This document shows positions 37,564 to 50,029 of a DNA stretch of 64,000 nt, piece by piece (the stretch's first letter is position 1; every line of letters begins with the position of its first letter). The translations under genes and the position numbers were made by a program. The notes under the pieces were generated by a model. That model searched no databases. It was not told where the DNA came from and was given only the letters and a program-made list of their open reading frames with translations. This DNA comes from Gonapodya sp. JEL0774 (taxonomy: Eukaryota). The stretch spans positions 1 through 64,000 of the forward strand of contig JADIIX010000042.1 of assembly GCA_027604505.1 (NCBI GenBank). Direction: 5' to 3'.

Positions 37564-37960
37564 TCAACACCCAAGCTGTTCCTCTGACATCTCATCCAGG
37601 AAATCCTGCGCGTCCATGACCCCCTGGTCTGCGGCCTTGTGGTACAACTCAACCGCCTGGAACTCGTCCATGGCAATACCCCGCCCGTCCCGGTACATAC
37701 ACGAGAGGTTGAATTGCGCCTCCCCGTGTCCCGGGCTTTGTGGTACCACACGAACGCCTGGCCCTGGTCGTTGGGGACACCTGTCCCTTCATCGTAGCAA
37801 AAGCCGAGCGAGCGCCAGGCGGTCGCGTGGTACAGCAAGGCCGCAGACCAGGGTTATGCAGAGGCGCAGCATCAACCTGTCGCCGATGTGGTACAGCGCG
37901 GCTGCGAACCCCTGGTCCCCGGCTTTGCGGTACAATTCAGCCACCTGGCTCTCAGAGCAC
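37564..37960 (-). pseudogene. Disrupted Sel1-like repeat gene (frameshifts plus an internal inversion)
   Basis: Fragments LYRKAGDQGFAAA, LGFCYDEGTGVPNDQGQAFVWYHKA and GHGEAQFNLSCMYRDGRGIAMDEFQAVELYHKAADQG lie in different frames; one repeat piece is on the opposite strand. Confidence 0.8.
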
Positions 37961-38679
37961 GCCGTGAGAAGGCTGGGCCCCTTGGTGCTCCAGAAGCAGA
38001 CGCAACGACTTTCGGCTCAGTTCCATCATGGTTTACTCGACTTGTTGCGCCCCGAGCTTATGCCCCGTAGTCGACTTAATACTTTCAGCAGTACCTCCAC
38101 TATCTGTCCTCCGAATATTGCCTGGTCAGACAAGTACCAGCACGCGACCCGCGCCTGTGTCTGCAGAGGTACATCTTATTTGTGCGAACGGGGCAGGGAG
38201 CGCTCGGAGGGGTCGATGTGAACATTGTGGAGATTTAAACATCGCGGTTCGACCTGGCTTCTTATTGCCTGGGCACATGGCTCGGGCACAACCAAAGTTG
38301 CAAATACTTCGAGAATTCTTCCAGAATCTCACGAGAAACGGCAACTAAAATTAAAAGAGCACTTCCTTCAAGTCGAAGTATATACAAAGGAAATTGTGGG
38401 GCTATCAGTTCGCTGAATTTTCTTCATTACATGAGGGGAAATATCATATCAACAGTTGAAAGCGCAAGTAACTCTGTTTGTCGACGGTCAAGGGTATCCA
38501 ATATGTTTCCAGGTCATTCCCCTCTTCAGCGCCATCCTGCTGTTGCTGTGTTGAGATCACCGACTCAAAATTTGTACATATCAACTCAAGCACACCAAAT
38601 CTCTGGAAACGCTTCATAATCGATTTGCCCCGCCTGTCGTTGCTACATCGGTCCGTCAGACGGTTGACCTCTCGTTGAG

Positions 38680-40611
38680 ATGACGGGATCTCCATCCTTT
38701 TCCGCTGCCGTTCAGGAAGACGAGGAAGGAAGCACACGAGGAGCGGAGCTTCCCGAGGGTAGCGAAGTTTCAAAGGCATTAGCTCCCCTAGAATCAACGG
38801 GAATATCGGGCATCCACTCTGGACAGTACGCAACTTTCCTGCTTCTGGGACTCGCTATGCTGTTGCCGTGGAACGTTTGGTACGTCTTTGAGAGGTTCTT
38901 TCGCGACAAAATCACTTACAAATACTGAGAACCTTGATGATTTTGGCTATTGAGGATCACTGCAACGGACTTTTTTGAGAAGCGATTCGCTGGAACGCAT
39001 CTTGCCAACACTTTTGAAAGCTGGTTCGGCGTAGTGTCCATGTGCATTAATCTGGTTACTGTATTCGTGTCATTTGCGCTGCCGAAGAAGGTATCTGCTT
39101 CTGTTCGCTTGTCTGTTCGTGCTTGTGGACCTGAAACAACTCCCGTCGATGGCCTTCTTTCATTGATCATTTACTCACCGTGACCGTAAGATTACCACAA
39201 ATACCCAGATTATCGTCTCTCTTTCCGTTATCTCCATCCTCTTTTTCATCTTTTCCCTCGCTACTCTGACCCCATGGACAGGACCCACCTTCGTTGCATT
39301 TTCCCTCTCGTGCATTTTTGTTTCATCCATCGGCACGGCCTTCCTCCAGGCCGGCGTTTTCTCTATCGCCGCTGGGTATCCCTCGGTCATGGCACAAGGA
39401 ATTATGAACGGTCAGGGTGTGGCCGGTGCGGTTCCGGCCATCGTACAGGTGTGGATCGCTGTCGGGAAAGCGAAGAAGGACGTGGGTCGTGATCATGAGG
39501 GAACATATAGTTCTTCCACGAAACCGGAACTTGTCAATGCAATGGCCCCGATTTCCGCAACTGTCGATGGAGTGGCCCCTTCCTCTGCAACTTTCGATCC
39601 CATCTTCGGCTACTTCCTCCTCGCCAGCATTCTCACCTCTTCAGCCCTTTATCTTTACTGTCGCGTACTTTGTGGATATTCCTTCCAGGACTCCCTAGCC
39701 TACATCAGTAATTTAATCACTCAGAGAGACTTCCGGCCCTTCGTATCTGTGTACACGGCCCTCCCGAGTACCCCAGGCAACACGGATCGCAATGCGACCC
39801 CTGTCGAGGAAGACGATGACTATGACACTGAAACAGCCCCCGTGCCAGGATCACCCGCTCGAGCTTCCTTGCTCCGCACCTTGCGCTCCGTGGCTTTCCC
39901 ATTCGTCTCTGTGATTCTCGTCTTCGCAGTCACGTTGGCCGTGTTTCCTGCAATCACTGCATATGTTCGCAGTGAAGCAGACAGTGGAGTTTGGGCAAGC
40001 GTGTTCGTTCCAGTTGGCTTTTTGGCCTTTTGCATGGGTGACTGGTGAGTTGCCAATTTTCCCAACGGAGAGAGACCTAAAACCCTAACTCATTCCCACA
40101 GGCTCGGTCGCTTCCTCCCACTCATTCCTTCTCTTCGGATCCGGCACTCCCATCAAACCCGTCTCCTCTTCTTCTCCGTCCTTCGCATCATGTTCGTCCC
40201 ATTCTTCGCTTTCTGCAACGTCCAGCTCTCTGACCGACTCCGTGCACCTCTTCCGCGAGCCTTTCCCGTCGAGATCCACTCCGATGCCGTGTTTATGCTG
40301 GGCGTTTTTCTCTTGGGTGTGACGAATGGGTGGGCAGGGAGTGTGTGCGTAATGTCGGGAGCAGAGGTGAAGAGCAATGGGGATGGGGAGGCAGCGAAGG
40401 TGGAGGCAGAGTGGCGAGGGAGAATCATGGTTGTTGGGTTGACAGGAGGTGAGTTCTTTGGTCTGGCTCCTTGGGCTGATAAACAGTCATCTCGGGTACA
40501 GCCTGACCATGTGAAATTGCCCGTGCTTTCACACAAGGCCTCTTGGCGGGCACAATCGCATCTTTCGGTGTTAGAGCCGTCGTCTGTGGTTGTAATCCTT
40601 TTTCAAATTGA
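38680..40611 (+). CDS. Equilibrative nucleoside transporter (SLC29/FUN26 family), multi-exon
   Basis: FLLLGLAMLLPWNVW|ITATDFF, IMNGQGVAG, VFAVTLAVFPAIT, FCMGDW|LGR, GVTNGW; multiple TM segments; ends CGCNPFSN*. Confidence 0.92.
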
Positions 40612-40811
40612 AATGAATCGCCTACTTAACATGTTTATACTATTAATTATGCAGACCAGCTGCCACGATGCGCTCCTAATGTCATTTTGCTGCCTCTTAT
40701 GCAATTTCAGGATTAAACTCGCCCTATCGGAACCTGCCATGGGCGTTAAAAAGTAGGCTTACGAATATGAGACAGCCAGTCCCAAAATTACTGTTCCCAA
40801 TACTGTCCCAA

Positions 40812-42847
40812 TCACGCTACCGAGGGATTGATAGGTCCTCCTGTCAATAGCTTCCCCGCGAGTGTAAACGACAAAGGCGGAGACACGTTTCCATTCACGC
40901 AGGTCACACTTGCGCTCTGGAAAATGCCCCCCACGTCTGGCTGGTCGTCCTTGGTTTGGAAGTTCCACACGTTACCAGACGTGGAAGACGCAGCGGCGTT
41001 CCACACAGACGCTGCCGTAATATCTTGCGCACCGACGAATGAAAGCTGTAGGGCAGCAAGGCCACTGGGAATGAAGGGATGTCAAGAATTATGGTCACGC
41101 AGGGTCCCAGTTTTCGCACAATCCCAAGGTTAACATACCCATTTGCGTCCCCGGCAGGCATTTCACCATTCACAGAGATCTGCAAGTCGACTTGGAACAT
41201 GATGGGTCCGGTTCCCCAACAGCCGCCTACTCTGGGGCGAACAACATAATTTGGCGGGGATGCTCTATTACCGGTAGATGCTCCATCAGATCGAAGTTCC
41301 TTAGTTTACATGATGATCCTTTGTACTCACGTAGCCGGTGGCAATTGTGACTGTGCTGCTTGTGGAGCAGCCGCCGCCGTGGGAGACGCAGCAGCGGGAG
41401 TGGCCGGAGTCATGACAGCGGGGGGAGGCGATGGCGGAGCTCTGTTCATAACAATTGGACGCCGAATTATCTCACTGGCAACACGTGGAACTACTTCAAT
41501 ATTCTCTGCTCACGCTGGGGCTCCCGTTATCGTGGGATTAATTGGTCCACCCGAGAGCAATTGACCGGACAATGAGAACGTCAGCGGGGGAGAGATGACT
41601 CCGTTCGTGCAAGTGAGACTCTTGCTACTGAAAGTGCCTCCAAGACTTGGCTGATCGTCCTTGGTCTCGAAACTCCAAACGTTGCCAGTAGTTTTGGAGT
41701 TTCCTACGTTCCAAGTTGAGGCCGCTGTAATGTCTTGGGCACCGCTGAAGGTGAGTTGGAGTGATGCGAGGCCCCTTCGTTTGCAGTAATCGGTGGAATA
41801 ATCAATGTCTATGAGCTCTTACTTCTACTTAAGATTTCTGGAGTGCTCAGACACTCACCCGTTGGCATCGCCCATGGGCATCTGACCGTTCACAGACAAT
41901 TGTGAGTTCAGAACAAATGAGACTGTCCCAGCTCCCCAACAAGAGCCAGCGTTGATGGACATCACATATTTCGGAGCGCCAGCGTCCCTTCAAAGAGAGT
42001 ATGGATAAAGTAGGTCCTACAAAGTGTCCGGGTACGAACTGAAAGCTCACGGAATGGTTGCAACTGGAGCAGTAGCAGCTTGAGGCGCCGCGGCAGGAGG
42101 AGAGGCCGCGGTTGTCGGTGGTGCTTGCTGAGTGGTCGTAGGAGGTGGAGTGGTTCTGCGATTCCGATTGACGTGAGATCAGTGAAGTATTTGCGCTTGA
42201 CGAAAAGCTCCCCCGCAACGCTAAAAACGCACCCAGTGATACCGTTAATAGAAGCATCGATTGCACCTCCAGAAAGCAGTTTCCCGGACAGTGAAAAGCT
42301 CAATGGAGGCGAAATGATACCGTTGTTACACGTCAAACTCTTGCTACTGAACGTTCCACCTGTGGTCGGCTGATCATCCAACGTTTCAAAGCTCCATACA
42401 TTGCCCGCGGTTCTGGAGTTGCCGACGTTCCAGGTTGTTGATGCCGTTATGTCTTGTGCACCCTGGAAGGTGATGCTGAGGGAAGCCAATCCACTGGGAC
42501 GAATCTTGTTCAATATCATGGCTCTGAGTCACATAAAAACAAACAAAATCTTACCCGTTGGCATCGCCCATAGGCTGCTGACCATTGACTGAGATCTGAG
42601 AGCTGAGAACGAACGATATTGGTCCTGCTCCCCAGCAGGACCCCGCACTGGCAGTAACGACATATTTGGGAAGCTGCGCAGCACTGGAAACATCGCAAAA
42701 TAACGGCAAATGAGGATGCTGCCCTTATTGACCATTGGACCGAGAGAAAACTCACGCGAAATGCGGAGTTGTAAGTGCCAAGAACGTGGAAAGAACCATC
42801 ATCGCTAGGGCGCGAGACTTGCCAGTCGCCGCTGAAGTCGTCATCAT
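40812..42847 (-). CDS. Secreted non-catalytic protein with three copies of a CBM2-like module joined by Pro/Ala/Thr linkers (gene A)
   Basis: Signal peptide MMTTSAATGKSRALAMMVLSTFLALTTPHFA; three modules of pattern PxYV..GxCWGxG.F.....SVNGxxPxxDANG|GLAxL..F.G..WN..GNVWxF.T.DDQP.GG.F..C.NG..PPL.F.L.GxLLxGGxI. Confidence 0.85.
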
Positions 42848-43352
42848 TGCAAACGGCCGATTGATCATGCAGATTCGGAAATCAGAAGTCCAGAGTACAG
42901 TGAAATTGTGGAAGGTCGCGGGTTTGGTCGGGACTGTGCCCAGTGCGGTTGGCGGAGTACCGGAGGAAGGCCTCAGCTGATCTCTCACCATAACACTGTG
43001 GGGAGCGCCGTCACAAATTCGCTAAAATTGTAGTCGCGTAATACTGGAATTAAAGGTGGAGCTCTATCTATTCTCTTTTTTCTGCATGAAAAAGTTGTGT
43101 GAGTTCAACTTCTGCGGTTCGTGAAGATTTGACAAATTTAACACCACTCCGAGCTGTCTCTCAAGAGATTTCGCATTGGTTGCAGCTACAAGAAGTTCTA
43201 GGTCGCTTCGCACTAATGCCACAGTGCGGAACATATAATGTAAGTGGGACCAGCCCAAAGGCCTACGTACATGCTAAACGAATACAGCCCCATCAAACTG
43301 GAATCTCATGACTAATATACTAAAATCAGCTTTGAGATGATGTACTAGGTTG

Positions 43353-46300
43353 TCATACGACAGACGGGTTGATCGCGCCACCGGAAAGCAGCTGCCCTGC
43401 CAGCGAGAACGTGAGAGGGGGGGTGAGGACACCGTTCACACATGCTCCACCGGTAGTGCTGAAGATACCGCCGGGGTTGGGCTGGTCGTCTAATGTTTGG
43501 AAGCTGAGGACGTTTCCGGATGCGGTGGGAGTGCCCGCGTTCCAGGTGGAGCTGATGGCGAGGTTTTGCGCTCCGCTCATTGTGAGCTGGAGAGCGGCGA
43601 GACCACTAAGAGGAAAAGACAGCACCTTGATGAGATCATTGCCCTGTCGCCACGCTCAAAAAGCTCCACTTCTACTCACCCGTTGGCATCAGCCGCAGGT
43701 TGCTCGCCATTCACAGAAAGTTGAATGTTGAGTACAAACTTGAAGGGTCCTGTTCCGAAGCACGAGCCTTGAGTAATCTTAGCGACGTAGTTGGGAGCGC
43801 CGGCAGTGCTGAATGTTGGTGAGATCGCGTCAGCTTATGAGAGATCCACATCTTTCTGTCAAAAACATCAAAAACTCACGCAGGAGCGGGAGCCGCCTGA
43901 ACTGGTGCCGGAGCAGGCGTGGTTGCTGGTGCCGCAGCTGGAGTCGGTGCCGCTGATGGTGCCGTGGCAGGGACAGGGGCTGGAGCAGCTATGACGAATG
44001 ATGCGTTAGTTAGTTCCGACACCGAGGGTACAACCCAGTTCTCTGAATCTCACCTGGGGTAGCTGCCACACCTTTCGGATGAATCATGGGGTTGATCGCG
44101 CCACCAGAGAGAAGTTGACCCGTCATGGACAGGGTGAGTTGGGCGTTGGGAACTTTTCCGTTGCATGTGACACCAGCTGGAAGGAGGAACTGTCCGCCAA
44201 TGTTGGGACCATCGTCAACGGTCTGGAACATCCATTGGTTGCCACTGGTCACAGAGTTGGCGCTGGCCCAGGTGTTGGAGATACCGATGCTCGAAAGACC
44301 GTTGAAAGTGATGGTGAGGGCAGCAAGACCACTGAGCGACCACAGAGGTTTAAAATGATGAGAAAACGATCATGAGGTGGAGCGACTCGTCGACTCGCAC
44401 TCACCCATTCGCGTCCGCGGCAGGCTGCTCTCCGTTGACAGTCGCGGCAATGTTGAGCTGGAAAATGTTTTGTCCATTGCCGCTCGGATAACATGCCGAG
44501 ATATCATACGCAAAGTCGTACACAGGTGCTCCTGCAACGGGAACGGTCGCTGCCTGGCCGCCGGCAGCTGGTACAGGAGCTGGAACAGGAGAAGGAACCG
44601 CGGGTGCAGGCGTCGTGGCAGGTGCTGTGGCAGGTGCAGCTCTGGTTTAGGAAGTGAACCGATGAGCAACACAATTGAGCTTCCATAATGATTCAACAAG
44701 TCTTACCCAGTGGCAGCCAGGGCTCCACCAATAGATGGATTGATCGCTCCACCGGCCAAGAGCTGTCCGGCAAGTGAGAAGGTCACACCGCTGAGTTTAC
44801 CTTGTGTGCAAGTCCCGCTGTTACTGGTGAAGATACCGCCCACGTTGGGCTGATCGTCCTGTGTCTCGAAGCTGAGTACGTTGCCAGAGGCGGCGACATT
44901 AGCTGCGTTCCAGGACTGGGAGACAGCAAGGTCTGTAAGACCGACAAAGGTGAGCATGAGCTTGGCGAGACCTCTGAAAACACGTAGTGAGATAATAAAG
45001 TATGTTACTCGCTAAATGCATTTGAAGCAAGTTTGAGCAATGTCCTTACCCGTTGGCATCAGCAGCCGGCTGTTGACCATTAACAGAAATCTGAGTGTTG
45101 ACCTGGAAGCTGACCGGACCAGTTCCCCAGCACCCGCCAAGGGATGGTGTCACGACATAGTTGGGTGCCCCGGCAGTACTGAAATGTAATCGGCAGAGGA
45201 AACGAAGTGTCAGGCGAAGAAGGGTGAATCTCATCAGAGGATTTTGCCACTCACGGAGCAGGAACAGGAACCGGAGCAGGAACAGGAACCGGAGTGGGAG
45301 CAGGCACGGGGACAGGGACGGGCACTGGCGCGGGAGCCGGAGTGGTGGCCGGTGGAGCCCTGAGAATAGAGGAGACACTGATGAATGAAGCTGTTTCAAC
45401 AAAGTGCACACGATGAGCTCTCACCCAGTAGAAGCCAAAGCTCCTCCAACAGATGGATTGATCGCACCGCCAGACAAGAGCTGTCCCGCAAGGGAGAATG
45501 AAACACCGCTGAGTTTGCCACCGGTGCAGACAGCGCTGTTACTGGTGAAGATACCGCCCACATTGGGCTGGTCGTCCTGAGTCTCGAAGCTGAGCACGTT
45601 ACCGGAAGCGGCGACGTTGGCTGCGTTCCAGGACTGGGCGACGGCGAGATCAGTAAGGCCGACAAAAGTGAGCATGAGCTTGGCAAGTCCACTGATTATC
45701 CAAAAGACAACATCAATACGTTTGCAGTAACAGACGATGTAACTTCAAGGAGCTTGCACTCACCCATTGGCATCCGCGGCGGGTTGTTCACCGTTGACAG
45801 AGATTTGCGTGTTGACCTGGAAGCTGACGGGACCGGTACCCCAACAGCCTCCGAGAGATGGAGTGACAACGTAGTTGGGAGCGCCAGCAGTACTTTTGTC
45901 ACGAAAGTTAGAGAAAATTCAAAATGAGCGAGATCAACTGCAAAATTTAACTTACGGGGCGGGAACTGGAGCTGCCGGGGTAGGAGCAACAACGGGAGGA
46001 GGGACAGTTGCGGGAGTGGGAGCTGCAACAACTGGGGGAGGAGCAGCGACAGGTGTCGGCGCTGCAACGGGAGTTGGAGCTGGTGCGGGAGCAGTTGGAG
46101 CGGCTGGAACACAGTGAGACGGGTAAATGCACTGTCATTCCTGATTCTCATGCTGCACCAAAAATTTGCAAAGCTTACCAGCACCACAGCCAACACGTGT
46201 TGTGGAAAGAGCAATATCATCGACCCAGAGGTTGAACGTTGCTGGTGTGGTTCCACCCTGGTAGTGTTGGAAGCCCATTCCGATCTTGTTGAAAGTTGGG

Positions 46301-47037
46301 AACACAAAAGGCACCTGGGTACCGTTGTGCGAGTTCATTGAGACGGTGAGCTCCGGTTTTGCCACGCCATCGATCCAAACGTTGATCGTGCTGGTTGCAC
46401 TGTCGAGTTGGTATTCCAAGCAGGTCCAGACAGCATCCGCGGTGGGAGTGGTTGCACGCCAGTTTGTCCAGTCACCAGTGGGACCGCCATCGGTCCCGGT
46501 ACCCCACAGAGCGTGCGTCGAGACGCCGGGGATGAACTGGCCACCGATAGGACGAATGAGCGATCCGTCACCGACTCCAGACGCTTCTACCAGAGAAAAG
46601 TGTGCAAAATTGGGGGCGATAGGGAACATGTCCATGAAAATTTTCATGCGACCGAAGAAGCTGTTTCCTGGAGGAGCAAAGGTGGTGGGGTAGAGGAACG
46701 CTTTGCTGGCACCGTTTGCAGTGATGTGAAGAGCCTGAGTTCCCACGGCGTGAACAGAGTCGACTACGGCGGATGCGGCGTTGCCCATGATGGCCCAGGT
46801 AGCAGTCGAGGTGACGATACCAGGAGGGACGGCCTCGAAATCCTCGCAGAAGATGTAAGCGGCACCATTCGCGCAGGCCGCATCAGCTGCAAAATGATGC
46901 GAGAGCCATACAGGTCTGAAAGGACGAAAGCAGACGAGCTGATGCCGAATGAACTCACCAGAAAACGGGGAGACAATAGCGGTGGCGACCAGCGCCAATA
47001 GAGCAGAGCGACCAGCGATCCGTGAACCCAAATACAT
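43353..47037 (-). CDS. Secreted protein: Cip1-like (concanavalin-A/lyase-like beta-sandwich) domain plus four copies of the same CBM2-like module (gene B)
   Basis: Signal exon MYLGSRIAGRSALLALVATAIVSPFS. Exon 46886-46179 encodes FCEDFE...WTCLEYQLD...VWIDG...GFQHYQ...LWVDDIALSTTRVGC, matching the Cip1 core pattern. PAT-rich linkers and four modules follow. Confidence 0.85.
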
Positions 47038-47899
47038 AGCGAAAAGAGCGGAAACTTGAAGAAGCGATCAACGCCAAATAATTTATAAGTCAAGGTCTGG
47101 TGACTGTTCAATCATTCTGAACTCCGTGGCCGCTGATCTCAACGGCGTTCGATCGAGCTTGGCAGGAACTCGTTCTCTTATATTTTCCCCGAGGGAACTC
47201 CTGGAAAGTCCCACAATAAATAGCTTACGAAGGGGAGAATTCCTATAAAGAATCTGAACAAATCTTCTTTCGCTATTCTTGTTTGTCGCAGTATGTCCGT
47301 GCGGTGTGGTGGTGGTTCCTTTGAGGATGTACCGACGGAACCTGCCAAGAGGACCATGCGGTGAGGTATGGAAACAAACCCCGTTGGCTCACGCTTTCGG
47401 CAAAGATTTGGAACATGTCTTGTGGTTTGAGTAATTGATGCTGATGTACGTGTCTCAATGAGGGAAATGGTGTTGCTGATGATGGTGTGTGACAAGAGTT
47501 GGCTTATACTTCCAGTGCGTGCGTCACCAAATCTTTGATCTTATGTCTCTTGGAATATCTCCCCAATAAGCTCCTTGCGTTATTTTCTAATTTGTCTCCT
47601 ACAATCCGCGACGTTCTTCTGCATCAGATTTCATCGCAACTCCCAGCACCTGATTGCAGCCAGCTTCGAAACAAAAAAAATATGGGTGCTGCTACTTGCA
47701 GAAAAGACAATGTCTCACGCAGACGAATGTTGGAGGAGGCCGGGGGAAGCAACAATTAGTGAAATTAGTGAAAGACAAAGAAGTGGGACCCCACCGTCAA
47801 AGCCGAACCATGAGGTTTCCACTCCCAGACACGCGGAACCAAGCACGATGATTCGCCCACTTCTCCTCAGAGATCATCCTCGAATTTGAAGCCAGACTC

Positions 47900-49480
47900 T
47901 GTCTTCGCAACCACCTCCGTTGAGAATATGGTAAATTATCCACCTCAATGCACTGTTGGATTCCCTCTCAAAAAACGCATTCTACCGATTCACCAACAAT
48001 CGCTCTTCGTTATTACTTCAGTCTTTCTCATTGGGAAACTCAATTGCGGCGCTGTCTGCGGTAGTTGCTCCTGCTCCGGCTGAAAACAAGACCGCATCGT
48101 TCTCCCCCAGTGACAGAGTCACCAAGAAGGGGCCGGGGTCTCCGTCCATGGCATGTAGAATTCCTTTAACATCGCAGATTCTATCTCATACAAGGACCCT
48201 TTCTGTATGCTGTCGTCTCGATGACGTCATCAGCAGGTCGCCGCCACGACCTCCGTTCCTGCTGGATAGGTATGCTTCTCCATGTTGAGGCAAGAGCGTG
48301 TTGCGTTTTTTTAGCATTTCTGCATACGCCAGGATCTCTTCGGAATGAACGTCCCGCTGAGTCCGAGACAACGGCAAGTTCCTGCACTCACTGTCAATCA
48401 GTTAGCACAATCGTGATTGCACTGTTGGATCCCTCCCGCAACGCCGGCGCCTTCAATGACGCGAGCATCCGACAGGTAACCATCCTCTATTAAATATGTC
48501 TTACAGTCTCTGTCTCTTCTATTGACATTGCTGTCCCACCGAAAAAGCGCGTGGTCCGCTGCTGCACGGGTGGTCCTTGCTTCCCTCTAACCTCTCACCA
48601 CCTTGCATCAACTTGCTCACGTGCTTCTCCCTCCTCTTTATTCGGTTCATTGATCGTTGGACCCCGTGTGACTTCGACTTCTTGTCATCATCCTTTCTAT
48701 GCACAAGGCATTCGACAAAACCGAAGTAAGTTCACAGTCTGTTCCTAACTTCCGCTTTACTATCCTCAGACTCTCTGGCCACTTCTTATTATTACGTGTT
48801 TTGCACATTCATTCCGCGATCGCGACCTCAAACGCGCTCAATTCATTACCTACCTTCCTGTGGGCCATGAACCTTCTTATCTCATTTCTGAACTTGTACG
48901 GATGCAAACATGCTAAAACGCAGCCTACTGCGGACTCTGGGTAAGTACATAATGTGCTACACACCAGTCAATCACAGATGTTACAGTTCTGAGTTGTAAT
49001 TTTTCTAGTAGCCTGGTGAGATTCAGCATGAAAGCCATCAAGCAGGTGGTAGTGGACGTTCTGGCGTTTCAGTGAGTGTGGGAAGGCCCTACAAGCCATT
49101 CACGCATTCACAGGCTGGGAAGGAGAAATCTACATACCTTCACACCTCGTTCCCAAATAGATTCCCGCATCTGAATCAACTTCATCTTTGATGGGGCGAA
49201 CTGGCGCAGGTGTTCCATCGCGCGGTTAGCCTGTTGAACTAGAATCAAATCATATGCATCTGTGGAAACTGTCTGGTGCTCCAGTTTTAGGAACAAGAAG
49301 CGTAGCTGTGCGTGTGCGCGAGTGAGTAAATCAGTTTGCAGTTGGAGCTGTGTGCCAATTATGATCTGTTTTCTCACAAGGCTCTCACCACCAACTGTAC
49401 AAGATTTCGGAGCGGCGGCTGCGGTGGCTGGAGTGTAGGTAGCTCGCGCTGGTGGGCATCTAATGAATTCAATTGACTTC
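47900..49480 (-). other. Possible poorly conserved multi-exon gene or gene remnant
   Basis: Short frames bounded by GTA[T/G]GT donors and AG acceptors (e.g. ...RESIWERGVK|gtatgt, ...RRFMAHRK|gtaggt); no recognisable domain. Confidence 0.25.
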
Positions 49481-50029
49481 ACTATAACGTGTTACTACTT
49501 ACTGATATACACTACTGGCTCATAATATTTTAGCGGCCGTCTGGGAGCACTAGAGGACAGTCGCAGGACCACATAAACCGGAAAAACCTTTGAACCGATC
49601 GGCTGGTTGGGATCCTGTCTTTGATAACTGCTGATACAGAGCCTGCGGGAGGGCAGTAAAGGAGCGTAGCTTTTAGATCACGCGTTTACTTAGTCTACCG
49701 GAAACAAAAGGGTTAACGTGTGTGTTGGTCTGTGACTGGTCCATTTTCACCGGCATCTCAGTGTTCATAATTCATATAACGGACAAGCCCCTCCTGGTTC
49801 GATCGGATGGAAGCATCAGAGTTCGTTTAAATCGCGATTTGACGCCAGATTGTGGTTAATTGGATTCCGTTTTTATAGAGGATTTCTGTTTAAAGCTCGG
49901 GAGTCAAATCACATATCATTTCCGACCTTGCAATTGGGTGAAGGCAATCAGGCATTCCCACCCGAAATTCATCCTGGCAATCGCACTACGTTCCAGAAGT
50001 TGTGATCCAACGACTGTTGGCAAGCGAGG

